Below, piece by piece: positions 50,171 through 59,581 of a stretch of 64,000 bases of DNA. The DNA comes from an uncultured Desulfobacterales bacterium. GTDB lineage: Bacteria > Desulfobacterota > DSM-4660 > Desulfatiglandales > Desulfatiglandaceae. The DNA lies in assembly GCA_964457545.1 (NCBI GenBank), contig CAYWEN010000003.1, positions 5,068 to 69,067 on the forward strand, in the 5' to 3' direction. Under the pieces are notes generated by a model. That model was not told the DNA's origin. It saw only the letters and a list, made by a program, of their open reading frames with translations, and did no database searches. The position numbers and the translations under genes were made by a program. The first letter of the stretch is position 1, and each line of letters opens with the position of its first letter.

Positions 50171-51280
50171 ATGGCAGGAGTTCCAGATAAAATTCAAACA
50201 TGGCAGATGGTTCAGCCTACTGTGCGTGACAGAAAGACCGGAGAGGTTGTTACCCCGGGCAAACTTGAAAAGACCGAGATCCCTGTTCCTGAACTGGGAC
50301 CGGAAGATGTCCTTGTGGAAGTTGCAGGTTGCGGCGTATGCCATACAGACCTTGGTTATTTTTATGATGGTGTCCCGACAGTTTCAAAACCCCCTCTTAC
50401 CCTGGGTCATGAGATTTCCGGAACTGTGGTTGCAGGAGATCCTGCATGGATAGGAAAGGAAGTTATTATACCAGCAGTAATGCCTTGCCGTAAGTGCTAT
50501 CTGTGCAAGACCGGACGTGGCAACCGTTGCCTCAACCAAAAAATGCCGGGAAACAGCATTGGCATCTATGGCGGTTTTTCAAGTCATATACCTGTACCCA
50601 GTATTGATCTGTGTGAAGTGAAAGAACGTGGGGATTTCCCTCTTTCTCACCTTGCAGTAATTGCGGATGCTGCCACAACTCCTTTTCAGGCTGCAAAGAG
50701 GGGAGACCTCCAGCCTGGTGACAATGTGGTTATTGTTGGTATCGGTGGTGGCGTAGGTCAATATATGGGCCAGATAGCAAGGGCTCTTGGCGCATCAAAC
50801 ATAGTGGGAGTTGAATATGATGAAGCGAAGGTGGAGAGGGCTCTCCGTATCTGTGCTGATATGTGTATACTTTCCAAAGACAAGGATGCAAAGGCTGTTA
50901 ACAATGAATTCAAGGCATACTGCAAGGAAAAAGGACTTCCTACTTACGGATGGAAGATATTCGAGGTTACAGGTGTAAAGGCTGCCCAGGAGATAGCTCT
51001 TACTTTGCTCAGCTTTACCAGCAGACTTGTTGTTGTAGGCTATGGTCTTGCAAAGGTGGATTTTATGATCAGCCGGCTTATGGCATTTGATGCAGAGATG
51101 GTTGGGACATGGGGATGTTTGCCTGAATATTATCCCACCGTTCTTGATATGGTTCTGAAGGGAAAAATCAATCTTGAAGAATTTGTCCAAACCCGTCCTA
51201 TGAGTACTATTGTTGAGGCATTTGAAGAAGCCCATACCAATCCTCCTCTTCAGAGGATTGTTCTTGTCCCTGATTTTTAA
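50171..51280 (+). CDS. had: Zn-dependent alcohol dehydrogenase family; 6-hydroxycyclohex-1-ene-1-carbonyl-CoA dehydrogenase (Had/BamQ) candidate
   Basis: 369 aa with the MDR zinc motifs GVCHTDL and GHEISG and a structural-zinc cysteine cluster (C..C..C......C). It lies directly upstream of an Oah/BamA-type gene, as in known had-oah pairs. SD AGGAGG. Confidence 0.65.
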   Translation: MAGVPDKIQTWQMVQPTVRDRKTGEVVTPGKLEKTEIPVPELGPEDVLVEVAGCGVCHTDLGYFYDGVPTVSKPPLTLGHEISGTVVAGDPAWIGKEVIIPAVMPCRKCYLCKTGRGNRCLNQKMPGNSIGIYGGFSSHIPVPSIDLCEVKERGDFPLSHLAVIADAATTPFQAAKRGDLQPGDNVVIVGIGGGVGQYMGQIARALGASNIVGVEYDEAKVERALRICADMCILSKDKDAKAVNNEFKAYCKEKGLPTYGWKIFEVTGVKAAQEIALTLLSFTSRLVVVGYGLAKVDFMISRLMAFDAEMVGTWGCLPEYYPTVLDMVLKGKINLEEFVQTRPMSTIVEAFEEAHTNPPLQRIVLVPDF

Positions 51281-51438
51281 CCGGAACATAAGGTATTTAT
51301 GCAAGATAAAGATATCCTGCAGATTAAAACTTTGAAATGTTTCTTTCCACTCTGTGTGACCAGGGTGAAATTTAACAAATGATGGCAGGTATGACAGAAA
51401 AGACAAATTGTCGCAAAACATTTAAGGAGGAATAACTT

Positions 51439-52584
51439 ATGGCTTTAGACTGGATTCCAAGAGCTCCAAAGGATAAAAAAGTAAATCATCAGATGTATGA
51501 TGAGAAATATTTGCATAAATCTGAACCACCAAGAACGCTGTACGAAAAAAGGCCGTTGTTAAATCCCAAGGGTGAAGAGGTTCCTGATCTATATGTTGCA
51601 TGGATTACACTGGATAATGAAAAACAGTACAATTCTTATACCCTTGAAATGCTGCATGCCACTGCTGCTGCCTTTGACAAGGCATCCCATGATCCAAGTG
51701 TTGTGTGTGTTATTTTTACTGGTGCAGGGACAAAGGCCTTTTGTACAGGCGGTAATGTTCCGGAATATTCCGAATATTATGTGATGAGACCCATTGACTG
51801 TCAGGAATACATGTCTGTTTACTGGAGGGCATTTGATACTGTATGGACATCATCCAAACCCTTTATCCGCTGTTGTAACGGTATGAGCATTGGTGGAGGC
51901 GAAGAGATTGGAGGGGTTTGCGACCTTACAATAGCCTCTGATTGTGCAACGTTCGGTCAGGTAGGGCCAAAACATGGGTCTACAGCCATGGGTGGTGCAT
52001 GCCAGTTCAAACCAGTTGAGATGACTATCCAGGATGCCATGTGGAATGCGGTATCATGTGAACAGTGGAGCGCATATACAATGCTGCGGAAGAATTACAT
52101 CCACAAGGTAGTTCCTATCCTGAAGAAAGATGGTAAATTTATCCGTAATCCTGCTGTTATCACCGACAAATGGTTAGATAACGGAGAAATTGTATACGGT
52201 GAGTTCAAGACCGGTGAAGAGGCCAAGGAAGCCAGGGCAATGGTAAAGGAATTGGAGCGTGATCGTTCCCTGCTTGATAAAACGTGTATGGATATGGCAT
52301 GGACCTTTGCCAATCTGATGCCGCAACAGGTGGCAATGTCTTTCCAGATGATACGGGCTACAAAGAAGACAGCCTGGGAAAGGACCAAGGCGGAGGTGAT
52401 TATGTGGTGGGCAGCTAATGCGCAGGCATATGGTGAGCTTGATATGGGAATGACTGCCTTTAATACCAAAAACATAACAGGCACAAGTGATGTGGATATC
52501 ATAAAATTGCGCCAGATGGTTGCCAACAGTCATCCGTACGATGAAGAGATGTTTGAGGCAGTCCTTGGAAAGCCAAAAAAATAG
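51439..52584 (+). CDS. bamA: 6-oxocyclohex-1-ene-1-carbonyl-CoA hydrolase (ring-cleaving crotonase-family enzyme Oah/BamA)
   Basis: 381 aa, unusually long for a crotonase fold (VVCVIFTGAGTKAFCTGGN, GGGEEIG). It has the N-terminal LDNEKQYNSYT region I recall from BamA/Oah sequences and is flanked by had- and dch-like genes. SD AAGGAGG. Confidence 0.7.
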   Translation: MALDWIPRAPKDKKVNHQMYDEKYLHKSEPPRTLYEKRPLLNPKGEEVPDLYVAWITLDNEKQYNSYTLEMLHATAAAFDKASHDPSVVCVIFTGAGTKAFCTGGNVPEYSEYYVMRPIDCQEYMSVYWRAFDTVWTSSKPFIRCCNGMSIGGGEEIGGVCDLTIASDCATFGQVGPKHGSTAMGGACQFKPVEMTIQDAMWNAVSCEQWSAYTMLRKNYIHKVVPILKKDGKFIRNPAVITDKWLDNGEIVYGEFKTGEEAKEARAMVKELERDRSLLDKTCMDMAWTFANLMPQQVAMSFQMIRATKKTAWERTKAEVIMWWAANAQAYGELDMGMTAFNTKNITGTSDVDIIKLRQMVANSHPYDEEMFEAVLGKPKK

Positions 52585-52596
52585 GATGAAAAACCA

Positions 52597-52636
52597 AACC
52601 TTACAGTACCTGAAACGGGTACTGTAAGGTTTTTGT
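52597..52636 (+). terminator. Rho-independent terminator downstream of bamA
   Basis: A perfect 14-bp stem AACCTTACAGTACC / GGTACTGTAAGGTT with a 7-nt loop, followed by TTTTGT. Confidence 0.8.
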
Positions 52637-52976
52637 CCCTGACGGGTTTTTGTTTAGAACCGGTTTGTTTTTATAATTTCAACGCCTGTCAGGAGCACAG
52701 TATCTGTTTGCATTCAAAGATATATGCAGATGTTGTATGGCATACGATAGCAGTTGTCTGTATCTGTCTTTTTTATTTGGTTTTTGTTTGTCACTGCAGA
52801 TGCCTTGTTCAAGACCAACAATGATATGAGCAAAATGCCGTTTCAATGCATGGGTATCTTCTTTTCTGTAATCAGGAAACAGGTTGAAGGTATGATCTTA
52901 TAAACAGGAAACTTGTCAAATGCCCATTGTCTGGTCACAAGTGAGTAATGTTAATGATAAGGAGGTATGAAAAAAC

Positions 52977-53744
52977 ATGAGTTATCAATATATTAAGGCT
53001 GAAATCAAGGACGGTCTTGGTACCATTACCTTGAACCGCCCTCCAGTCAATGTTCTGAATATTGCAATGATGAGTGAAATTAATGAGGTCCTGAAGGCGT
53101 GGCAGAAAGAGAAGGACCTGAAAGTCCTGCTGTTTGATGCAGAGGGCAAGTGTTTTTCTGCGGGTGTTGATGTAGGGGAACACATGGGGGATATGGCCCC
53201 TAAAATGATTGAGACATTTCATGGCATGTTTCGCTTGATGAACGGATTTGAGATCCCTACAGTCGCTTCAGTTTACAGCTCATGTCTTGGTGGAGGCTGT
53301 GAACTTGCTATTTTTTGCGATATGGTGATTGCAGCAGAGAACACAAAATTGGGACAGCCAGAGGTTCAGGTAGGGGTCTTCCCTCCAATTGCAGCCCAGA
53401 TTATGCCACGTATTATAGGACGCAAGGCAGCTATGGAACTGATACTTTCCGGCAAGGTAATAGGCCCTGAAGATGCTTTGCAGATGGGGCTTGTTAACAA
53501 GGTTGTACCAAATGATAAGCTGGCCGCTGAAACTGATGATTTTGTAAAACCGTACCTCGGGCTTAGTGCTGAAGTGCTTAGACGGACTAAAAAGGCGATT
53601 ATGGCAGGGCTACGTGATGACTTTGAAGAATCTCTCAAGGTTATAGAAGATATATATCTGAATGAGCTTATGGTAAGTGCTGATGCGCAGGAAGGTCTTA
53701 AATCCTTTTTGGAAAAAAGAAAACCTGTATGGCAGAACAAGTGA
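52977..53744 (+). CDS. dch: Enoyl-CoA hydratase family; cyclohexa-1,5-diene-1-carbonyl-CoA hydratase (Dch/BamR) candidate
   Basis: 255-aa crotonase (GKCFSAGVDVGEH, GGGCELAIFCD). SD AAGGAGG. The assignment rests on its position next to had-oah. Confidence 0.6.
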   Translation: MSYQYIKAEIKDGLGTITLNRPPVNVLNIAMMSEINEVLKAWQKEKDLKVLLFDAEGKCFSAGVDVGEHMGDMAPKMIETFHGMFRLMNGFEIPTVASVYSSCLGGGCELAIFCDMVIAAENTKLGQPEVQVGVFPPIAAQIMPRIIGRKAAMELILSGKVIGPEDALQMGLVNKVVPNDKLAAETDDFVKPYLGLSAEVLRRTKKAIMAGLRDDFEESLKVIEDIYLNELMVSADAQEGLKSFLEKRKPVWQNK

Positions 53745-53769
53745 TCCTCAAACCTTTATAGAACCAAAA

Positions 53770-53864
53770 AGTCCCATTTACTATATTGCAGTATTGATTC
53801 GGAGATCTGATGATCTGCTTGATTTATACTGTAATATTGTAATATGAGACTTTTTTTATTTTTA
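53770..53864 (+). terminator. Long imperfect hairpin plus T-tract downstream of dch (candidate terminator)
   Basis: AGTCCCATTTACTATATTGCAGTAT ... ATACTGTAATATTGTAATATGAGACT, followed by TTTTTTTATTTTT. Confidence 0.5.
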
Positions 53865-54424
53865 TGAGGTTTGGAGCAATATCCATGTTGTCCGGCGCTG
53901 GAGCTGGCCTATGTACAGGTCAATGCGGTTTTGATCTTGAAGGATCCTGCATGCTTCTGCAATTGGTTTTATCCATAAAATGCCTTTTTTATACAGTGGC
54001 CCTCTTGTGTAATATTCAGCCTTGTTCAGGTTTAAGTAAAACAAAGCTTGATTGCAGAAATATATTTATTGTATTTATGAGTACATTTTGAGTCTGGTGT
54101 GGAAAGCCGGGTAAATGGGGGTCAGAGGTTATGTGAATTCTACATGATATTTGCCTCAGCATGCGGCAGGATCGCTTGGGTGCTGTGCCTGTTGACTTGT
54201 ATTTTTTTCTTTGGAGGGCATGGCCTTTTTTTTGCTTCCCTGAGCTGTCCGCAGGCCATTTTTATAGCTTTTTTTGTGAAAAGATTAAACCTCAGGAGGC
54301 ACCTAAGGTCATAATGTTCAGGGTTTGAAAACAGAAACTGTCACAACATTGTCATCTGTTCCTGCACACAGTTTTACAGGACGTGCAAGATGTTAAACGG
54401 ATACCTAAAAAAGGTGTGTTTGTC

Positions 54425-55567
54425 ATGAACTTAAATGAAATTCTTGATATGTTGTATGGTGTTTTTTATACAACAGGCATATATCACTTTGACCCAAAAC
54501 TTGTTGTAATGTGGGCAATTGCCTCTTTTTTTATATATCTGGCCATAGTGAAAAAATTTGAACCTCTTCTTCTTTTGCCAATTGGATTTGGCATACTTGT
54601 TGTCAACTTCCCTCTTGTTCCTCTTATGGGATATTCTCATGGACATCCCCAACTCTTAGAGGTCTTTTATCACTATGGTTTGAAGTGGGAAGTAATTCCA
54701 TGTGTTATCTTTCTTGGCCTGGGAGCAATGACGGATTTTGCTCCCCTTATTGCCAACCCCAAGACATTGCTTGTGGGAGCCGGTGCACAACTTGGTGTGT
54801 TTGTTACATTTACAGGTACCATCCTGGCCGGTTTTACCCTTAAAGAAGCCGCCTCTGTCGGCATAATTGGTGGAGCTGATGGTCCTACTACCATATACCT
54901 TACACAGCATCTGGCTCCTCAGCTTTTGGGGGCCAATGCCCTGGCAGCTTATTCATATATGGCAATGGTGCCTCTTATTCAGTCTCCCATCATGAGGATG
55001 ATGACTACTGAGAAGGAAAGGAAAATTCGTATGCGCCAATTGCGTCCTGTGTCAAAACAGGAAAAGATATTGTTTCCGTTGGTGACCACCGGTATTATTG
55101 CACTGCTTATACCATCTGTCATTCCCCTGATGGGTATGTTTATGCTTGGCAACCTCATGAAAGAAAGTGGTGTTGTTGGAAGACTTACGGAAACGGCTCA
55201 GGGTTCTTTAATGAACATCGTGACTATCTTCCTCGGGGTTTCGGTGGGTGCGACCATGACTGCTGACAAGTTTTTAAGCTGGAAGCCGCTTTTTATATTC
55301 AGCCTTGGTTTGCTTGACTTTGCTGTCTGCACAGTAGGTGGAATATTGACTGTCAAGATAATGAACCTTTTTCTGAAAGAAAAGATAAACCCCCTAATAG
55401 GATCAGCCGGAGTTTCTGCAGTACCAATGGCAGCTCGTGTCTCCCAGATAGAGGGCCTTAAGGCGGACAAGACAAACCATCTTCTTATGCATGCTATGGG
55501 GCCTAATCTGGCCGGAGTTATAGGGTCGGCAGCAGCTGCTGGTATGTTTATTGCCATGTTCGATTAG
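54425..55567 (+). CDS. Na+-translocating decarboxylase beta subunit (OadB/GcdB/MmdB family)
   Basis: About 380 aa, polytopic, with [32 protein letters not shown] and SAVPMAARV motifs typical of the beta subunit. Start at ATG 54425. Confidence 0.85.
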   Translation: MNLNEILDMLYGVFYTTGIYHFDPKLVVMWAIASFFIYLAIVKKFEPLLLLPIGFGILVVNFPLVPLMGYSHGHPQLLEVFYHYGLKWEVIPCVIFLGLGAMTDFAPLIANPKTLLVGAGAQLGVFVTFTGTILAGFTLKEAASVGIIGGADGPTTIYLTQHLAPQLLGANALAAYSYMAMVPLIQSPIMRMMTTEKERKIRMRQLRPVSKQEKILFPLVTTGIIALLIPSVIPLMGMFMLGNLMKESGVVGRLTETAQGSLMNIVTIFLGVSVGATMTADKFLSWKPLFIFSLGLLDFAVCTVGGILTVKIMNLFLKEKINPLIGSAGVSAVPMAARVSQIEGLKADKTNHLLMHAMGPNLAGVIGSAAAAGMFIAMFD

Positions 55568-55573
55568 TTCTTG

Positions 55574-55712
55574 CCATACATCAATGTCCTTTTTGCACAA
55601 TCCCGGTGTTAATTTACGGGATTTGTTGTGGAATTCTTGCATGTCTTCCTGTGCCCCATGATCTTGCTCAAAAAGGGCTGCCTTTTGTAATTCTGGTGTT
55701 CTGCTGCAGGGC
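55574..55712 (-). repeat. Dispersed intergenic repeat family, copy (reverse orientation)
   Basis: CCATACATCAATGTCCTTTTTGCACAATCCCGGTGTTAATTTACGGGATTTGTTGTG closely matches 9047..9110. It continues GATCTTGCTCAAAAAGGGCTGCCTTTTGTAATTC ... CTGCAGGGCCATTTG. Confidence 0.7.
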
Positions 55713-55748
55713 CATTTGCCTGACAAGCCGCTTCAGGAGTACTTACTG

Positions 55749-56222
55749 ATGAGAAAAATCATATTTGTTGTCTTTGTTTCTTTGCTTTTTTCACCATTTG
55801 ATGCGTTATCAGTTGAACAGTTTCTTGGTCTTCCCGTTATTCCCGGTTCACATATCACATCAAAATCAGATATGAAGTTGGAGTTAAAAGTATCACTGCC
55901 ACATGATACAGTATTAAGTTATTACAAAAAGGCCCTGTCCGGTCTTAAAGATGTCAAATTCCGTGAGTGGAATAATGCGACATACATAGAAGATGACAGT
56001 AATCGTCCATGGCATTCCATTACTATTTCAAAGGATAACAGGACTTCCAATACTTCTGTTGTAATTATGAAAGACAACTGGACCTGGATAATAGGAACAC
56101 TCATTCTCAGATTTATAGGTGTTTTTGTTGTACTGCTTCTGTTATATGTGGGAATGACTGTATCCGGGAAGATTATCGACAGGTTTGTCAGAAAGATGGA
56201 CTCAAAAAAAGCGGCAGGATAG
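55749..56222 (+). CDS. Secreted/membrane-anchored protein with an OadG-like (decarboxylase gamma-subunit-like) C-terminal TM segment
   Basis: A signal-like N-terminus MRKIIFVVFVSLLFSPFDALS and a domain of about 100 aa are followed by WIIGTLILRFIGVFVVLLLLYVGMTVSGKIIDRF. This last segment resembles the OAD_gamma helix. SD AGGAG. Confidence 0.4.
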   Translation: MRKIIFVVFVSLLFSPFDALSVEQFLGLPVIPGSHITSKSDMKLELKVSLPHDTVLSYYKKALSGLKDVKFREWNNATYIEDDSNRPWHSITISKDNRTSNTSVVIMKDNWTWIIGTLILRFIGVFVVLLLLYVGMTVSGKIIDRFVRKMDSKKAAG

Positions 56223-56374
56223 ACTGGAATATATTTCTGTGCACTATAGTTATCTGCATGTTTGTAGCGGTTGCAGGATTTTTATTGCCACTGTCTTGCA
56301 GCGGGTTCTCCATTCCGGAAATTTAACATGTAATATCAAGGAAAACAGGGAATTACGGTGGTGGGAGTGTTTTG

Positions 56375-57496
56375 ATGAACGGCGAGGTTACTGAGGTTCA
56401 GACAAAAAATGACCTGAAGGCGTTTATAGAGCTTCCTTATAGCATTTATAACAAGACATTCAGGAATTGGGTTCCTCCACTGTATGTTGATATAAAAGAA
56501 AGACTTAACAGAAAAAAGTATCCCTTTTTTGAATACAGTGATTCTGTGTTTTTTATTTATAAAGAACAGAACAGGGTGCTTGGGAGAATAACAGCATCTG
56601 TAAATCACAGATATAATGACTATTTTAATGAGCAGACCGGTTTTTTTGGCTTTTTTGAATCGGTTGACAGACAAGATGTGGCTGACAGCCTTTTTGCAAA
56701 GGCGGCAGACTGGCTTAAAACCAACAATATGAACAGGATGATAGGTCCCTTTAATTTCTCAACCAATGAAGAAGGAGGGTTGCTGATAAAGGGGTTTGAC
56801 AGGCCACCAATGATAATGATGACTTATAACCCCGAATATTATATCTGCTTGTATGAAGGCTTTGGCCTTGAAAAAATAAAGGAATTATGGGCCTGGTATA
56901 TGGACAGACACCGTTTGAATCTGTCTGAGAAGATGTTGCGGCTTGTCAGTCATATTGAAAACAGGCCTGACATTACATTCAGAACACTCAACATGAAAAG
57001 ACTCGGTGATGATGTTTTAAAGATAAAAGATATTTACAATGAGGCATGGAGAAAAAACTGGGGTTTTGTGCCTTATACTGACGCCGAAATAGAACAGCTT
57101 GCAAAATCTCTCAAGATGATCGTTGATCCTTCATTGGTAATTATTGCAGAGGTGAATGGTGAACCTGCCGGTTTTGTTATAGGATTACCGGACATTAATG
57201 AATTAACGATTGATTTCAGGGGCAGGCTTTTTCCTTTCGGGATATTTAAGTTGCTTTTTGGCCTAAAAAAGATAAAACAGATGCGTGTTGTAACCTTGGG
57301 AGTCAAAGAAAAGTTCAGACGAAAAGGTATTGATGCGGTATTATACTGCAAATTAACCAGGAATGCCTTAGAGAAAGGCATGTTGGGGAGTGAAATGTCG
57401 TGGATACTTGATGATAACTATTCCATGAATAATATTTTGAAGAACCTTAATGCAATAAAATACAAGAAATACGGCATATATGGTATGGCACTGTAG
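56375..57496 (+). CDS. GNAT-fold acyltransferase-like protein of unknown function (about 373 aa)
   Basis: The N-terminus V.EV.TK.DLK.FIELPY.IY......WVPPL..D....L...K.PFFE.S is a pattern I recall from a widespread uncharacterised GNAT-like family. The C-terminal RRKGIDAVLY resembles the acetyl-CoA-binding motif. Confidence 0.55.
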   Translation: MNGEVTEVQTKNDLKAFIELPYSIYNKTFRNWVPPLYVDIKERLNRKKYPFFEYSDSVFFIYKEQNRVLGRITASVNHRYNDYFNEQTGFFGFFESVDRQDVADSLFAKAADWLKTNNMNRMIGPFNFSTNEEGGLLIKGFDRPPMIMMTYNPEYYICLYEGFGLEKIKELWAWYMDRHRLNLSEKMLRLVSHIENRPDITFRTLNMKRLGDDVLKIKDIYNEAWRKNWGFVPYTDAEIEQLAKSLKMIVDPSLVIIAEVNGEPAGFVIGLPDINELTIDFRGRLFPFGIFKLLFGLKKIKQMRVVTLGVKEKFRRKGIDAVLYCKLTRNALEKGMLGSEMSWILDDNYSMNNILKNLNAIKYKKYGIYGMAL

Positions 57497-57627
57497 ATAT
57501 ATACAGCACAGGGCCATAAAACTCGTAAGCCATTACCCCTTGCACTGTCTTTACATCCATAAAAGACGTTTGCAATATGTCCTGTTTTTAAAGGCCTTGA
57601 TTTTTGCTGGGCTCAATGCCCAAATAT

Positions 57628-59007
57628 CTATTTCAGCATTGATTGAATCTTTTCCCAATCATTTTTGCCTGTGTCTGTCAGGGGGATGCGTTTGACAGTT
57701 TTTATTTTTCTGGGAACAGCGTAAGATGGAAGTTTTTTTAACAAAAGCCGTCTTATCTGTCGTGCGTCAAGATCAGATTCAACAAGTGCCTCTATAGAGT
57801 TGTCCCGCCCGCCTGCTCTGACAGGTTTATAAATTACAACGGCATTGTTTACCAATGGAATGCCTGTCAGGATCTCTCTGATTTCTTCAATATCTGTTCT
57901 CTTTCCGCCAACCTTGACAATACCATCTTTTCTGCCAAGAAGAACAAAGCCTTTGGGACCATAATGTTCAGCCCGATCTCCAGGCATAAAAAAACCGTCC
58001 CCGTCTTTTTTAAGTTCATTGGATACAAGTTCAGAACGTACATACAGGATTCCCTCTACAATCTTCCAATCTACAATAGAAAGGGGGCTGAAGGATTTTT
58101 CTCCTTTTGCTGCACATCTCGTGGCTATACCTCCGGTCTCTGTGGAACCATATATCTCAACAATTGCAATACCGGTTTGTTTGAAAAACATCTTTGCATC
58201 TTCTGCAGAAAGCCTGGCTCCGGAAGACAGGGCCAGGCGCAATTTGATAGAACAGGGATATGACTGGATCAATGCCCGATAGTGTATGGGAATGCTGATC
58301 AATATGCTTGCCGTACAGGAATTGATTGCAGCTATTATTTCGTTAGGAAAAACAGGAGTACCGGGAAAAAGGCTTGCAGACGAAATAAATGGAATGATAA
58401 TGGAATGCAAAAGTCCGTAAATATGGTAAGGAGGAGCTGTTGCAACAAAAATATCATTGTCTCTTATCCGGTGTTTTTCTGCAAAATATATGGCCTCTGT
58501 CAATATGTTTAAAGGGGTTTTTGACCATGTCTTTGGTTTTCCTGTAGAGCCGCCGGTAAACAGTACCAGCCATTGTTCATCAGGCAAAAGAGATTGTTGG
58601 TGCATAATAAATGTTTCTTTGCCAGGAGACGGAATAATCCTGCTAACACCATGGGGCAGATTAATATTATTGTCACATATTGCTGTTTTGAACTTGATAT
58701 GTTTGTATGCATCATTGATTGCTGCATTTGAACATGCGTATGGTATAATCAGAGGATGCCCGGAGGCGAGTGAGGCAACCAGGGCCGAGGCGATCAGATT
58801 TTTGTCTGCTGTGCATAAACATAAGGCATCTTTTCTGTTATACGCAGACAAAAAACAGGTTATTTCTGCTGCCATACTGTAAATCTGTTGATAGCTGTAT
58901 TGTGACAGGGTAAATTCTTTTTCAGAAATGTTTGTAAAAGAAACAATTTTTTGTATTAAGTTGTATACTGTCTTATATGTATCCTGATATTTTTGTTTCA
59001 TATTCAT
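57628..59007 (-). CDS. Adenylate-forming enzyme (acyl-AMP/acyl-CoA ligase, short 459-aa form)
   Basis: ANL-superfamily motifs are present: FTGGSTGKPK, YGSTETGG, GD.......G...LLGRKDGIVKVGGKR, and a C-terminal TGKNDW. The substrate is unknown. Confidence 0.8.
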   Translation of the reverse strand: MNMKQKYQDTYKTVYNLIQKIVSFTNISEKEFTLSQYSYQQIYSMAAEITCFLSAYNRKDALCLCTADKNLIASALVASLASGHPLIIPYACSNAAINDAYKHIKFKTAICDNNINLPHGVSRIIPSPGKETFIMHQQSLLPDEQWLVLFTGGSTGKPKTWSKTPLNILTEAIYFAEKHRIRDNDIFVATAPPYHIYGLLHSIIIPFISSASLFPGTPVFPNEIIAAINSCTASILISIPIHYRALIQSYPCSIKLRLALSSGARLSAEDAKMFFKQTGIAIVEIYGSTETGGIATRCAAKGEKSFSPLSIVDWKIVEGILYVRSELVSNELKKDGDGFFMPGDRAEHYGPKGFVLLGRKDGIVKVGGKRTDIEEIREILTGIPLVNNAVVIYKPVRAGGRDNSIEALVESDLDARQIRRLLLKKLPSYAVPRKIKTVKRIPLTDTGKNDWEKIQSMLK

Positions 59008-59067
59008 ATATTGTTCTGGCAGATAAACGTCTATACGTTTAAGACTGGTTTTACAACATTTCAGTAT

Positions 59068-59186
59068 CAGCTCAATAACAGGGGGATAACAGCGGACGTA
59101 CCACCGGGGCAGAAGGATTTTTCTTTTGCTCCGGGTCTCCCGGCAGTAGCGTCAGAAAAACCCTCCTGCCCCTATTTATTGAGCTG
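59068..59186 (-). repeat. MITE-like palindromic element, copy 2 (119 bp, shorter central loop)
   Basis: CAGCTCAATAACAGGGGG ... CCCCTATTTATTGAGCTG. The same GGGGCAGAAGGATTTTT / AAAAACCCTCCTGCCCC stem is present. It is the reverse complement of 41873..42019 and lies in the divergent spacer between the ligase and radical SAM genes. Confidence 0.8.
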
Positions 59187-59581
59187 TTACACATTTAACT
59201 CAACTTACGGTTTTCAAGTGTCTGAAAAACAGCACAGGCATATCTGTGTATTCAATCTGTTACGCATTTGACAGGCTTGTAAACTGCTATGATCCGGTAG
59301 GATTTTTCAAGAAATTTTTACAGCATGTTTGGCCTTGTTCAAGATCAGGGTATGCGAAAATTTTAACTTCAGGAATATCCAGGATTGAATCAGCACGGCT
59401 GGATAAAGATGTCCTCAGCCCCCTTCCCATACATAAAAAAGCAGGGCTTGTATTTTTTTCAATCCCCGGGGCTTGTGTTTTCACGATAAACATTGACCGT
59501 AACAACGCAGCCAACATAGCTGTTTATGGATGAAAATTAATCACGTTAAACAAATAACATCATAGGGGAACAAATATCAAT

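Noticed and set aside
9047-55712. Whether the recurring repeats could be a CRISPR array or a degenerate array
   Set aside because: The copies are 140-190 bp, kilobases apart, in both orientations and each in a separate intergenic spacer. There are no short regularly spaced direct repeats and no cas genes.
41873-59186. The two inverted MITE-like copies as boundaries of a 17-kb composite transposon or genomic island carrying the benzoyl-CoA genes
   Set aside because: The interval contains housekeeping genes (mobA, infA, radA) with normal organisation and no transposase or integrase. I saw no obvious compositional break by eye. Two copies of a dispersed element are the simpler explanation.
59287-59517. 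A 76-aa minus-strand ORF upstream of the acyl-AMP ligase containing SRADSILDI, as a possible acyl carrier protein with a DSL-type phosphopantetheine site
   Set aside because: There is no Shine-Dalgarno sequence. The spacing after the Ser is about 6 residues shorter than in ACP helix II-III. The N-terminal half does not resemble ACP helix I, and the protein is basic and Cys-rich rather than acidic.
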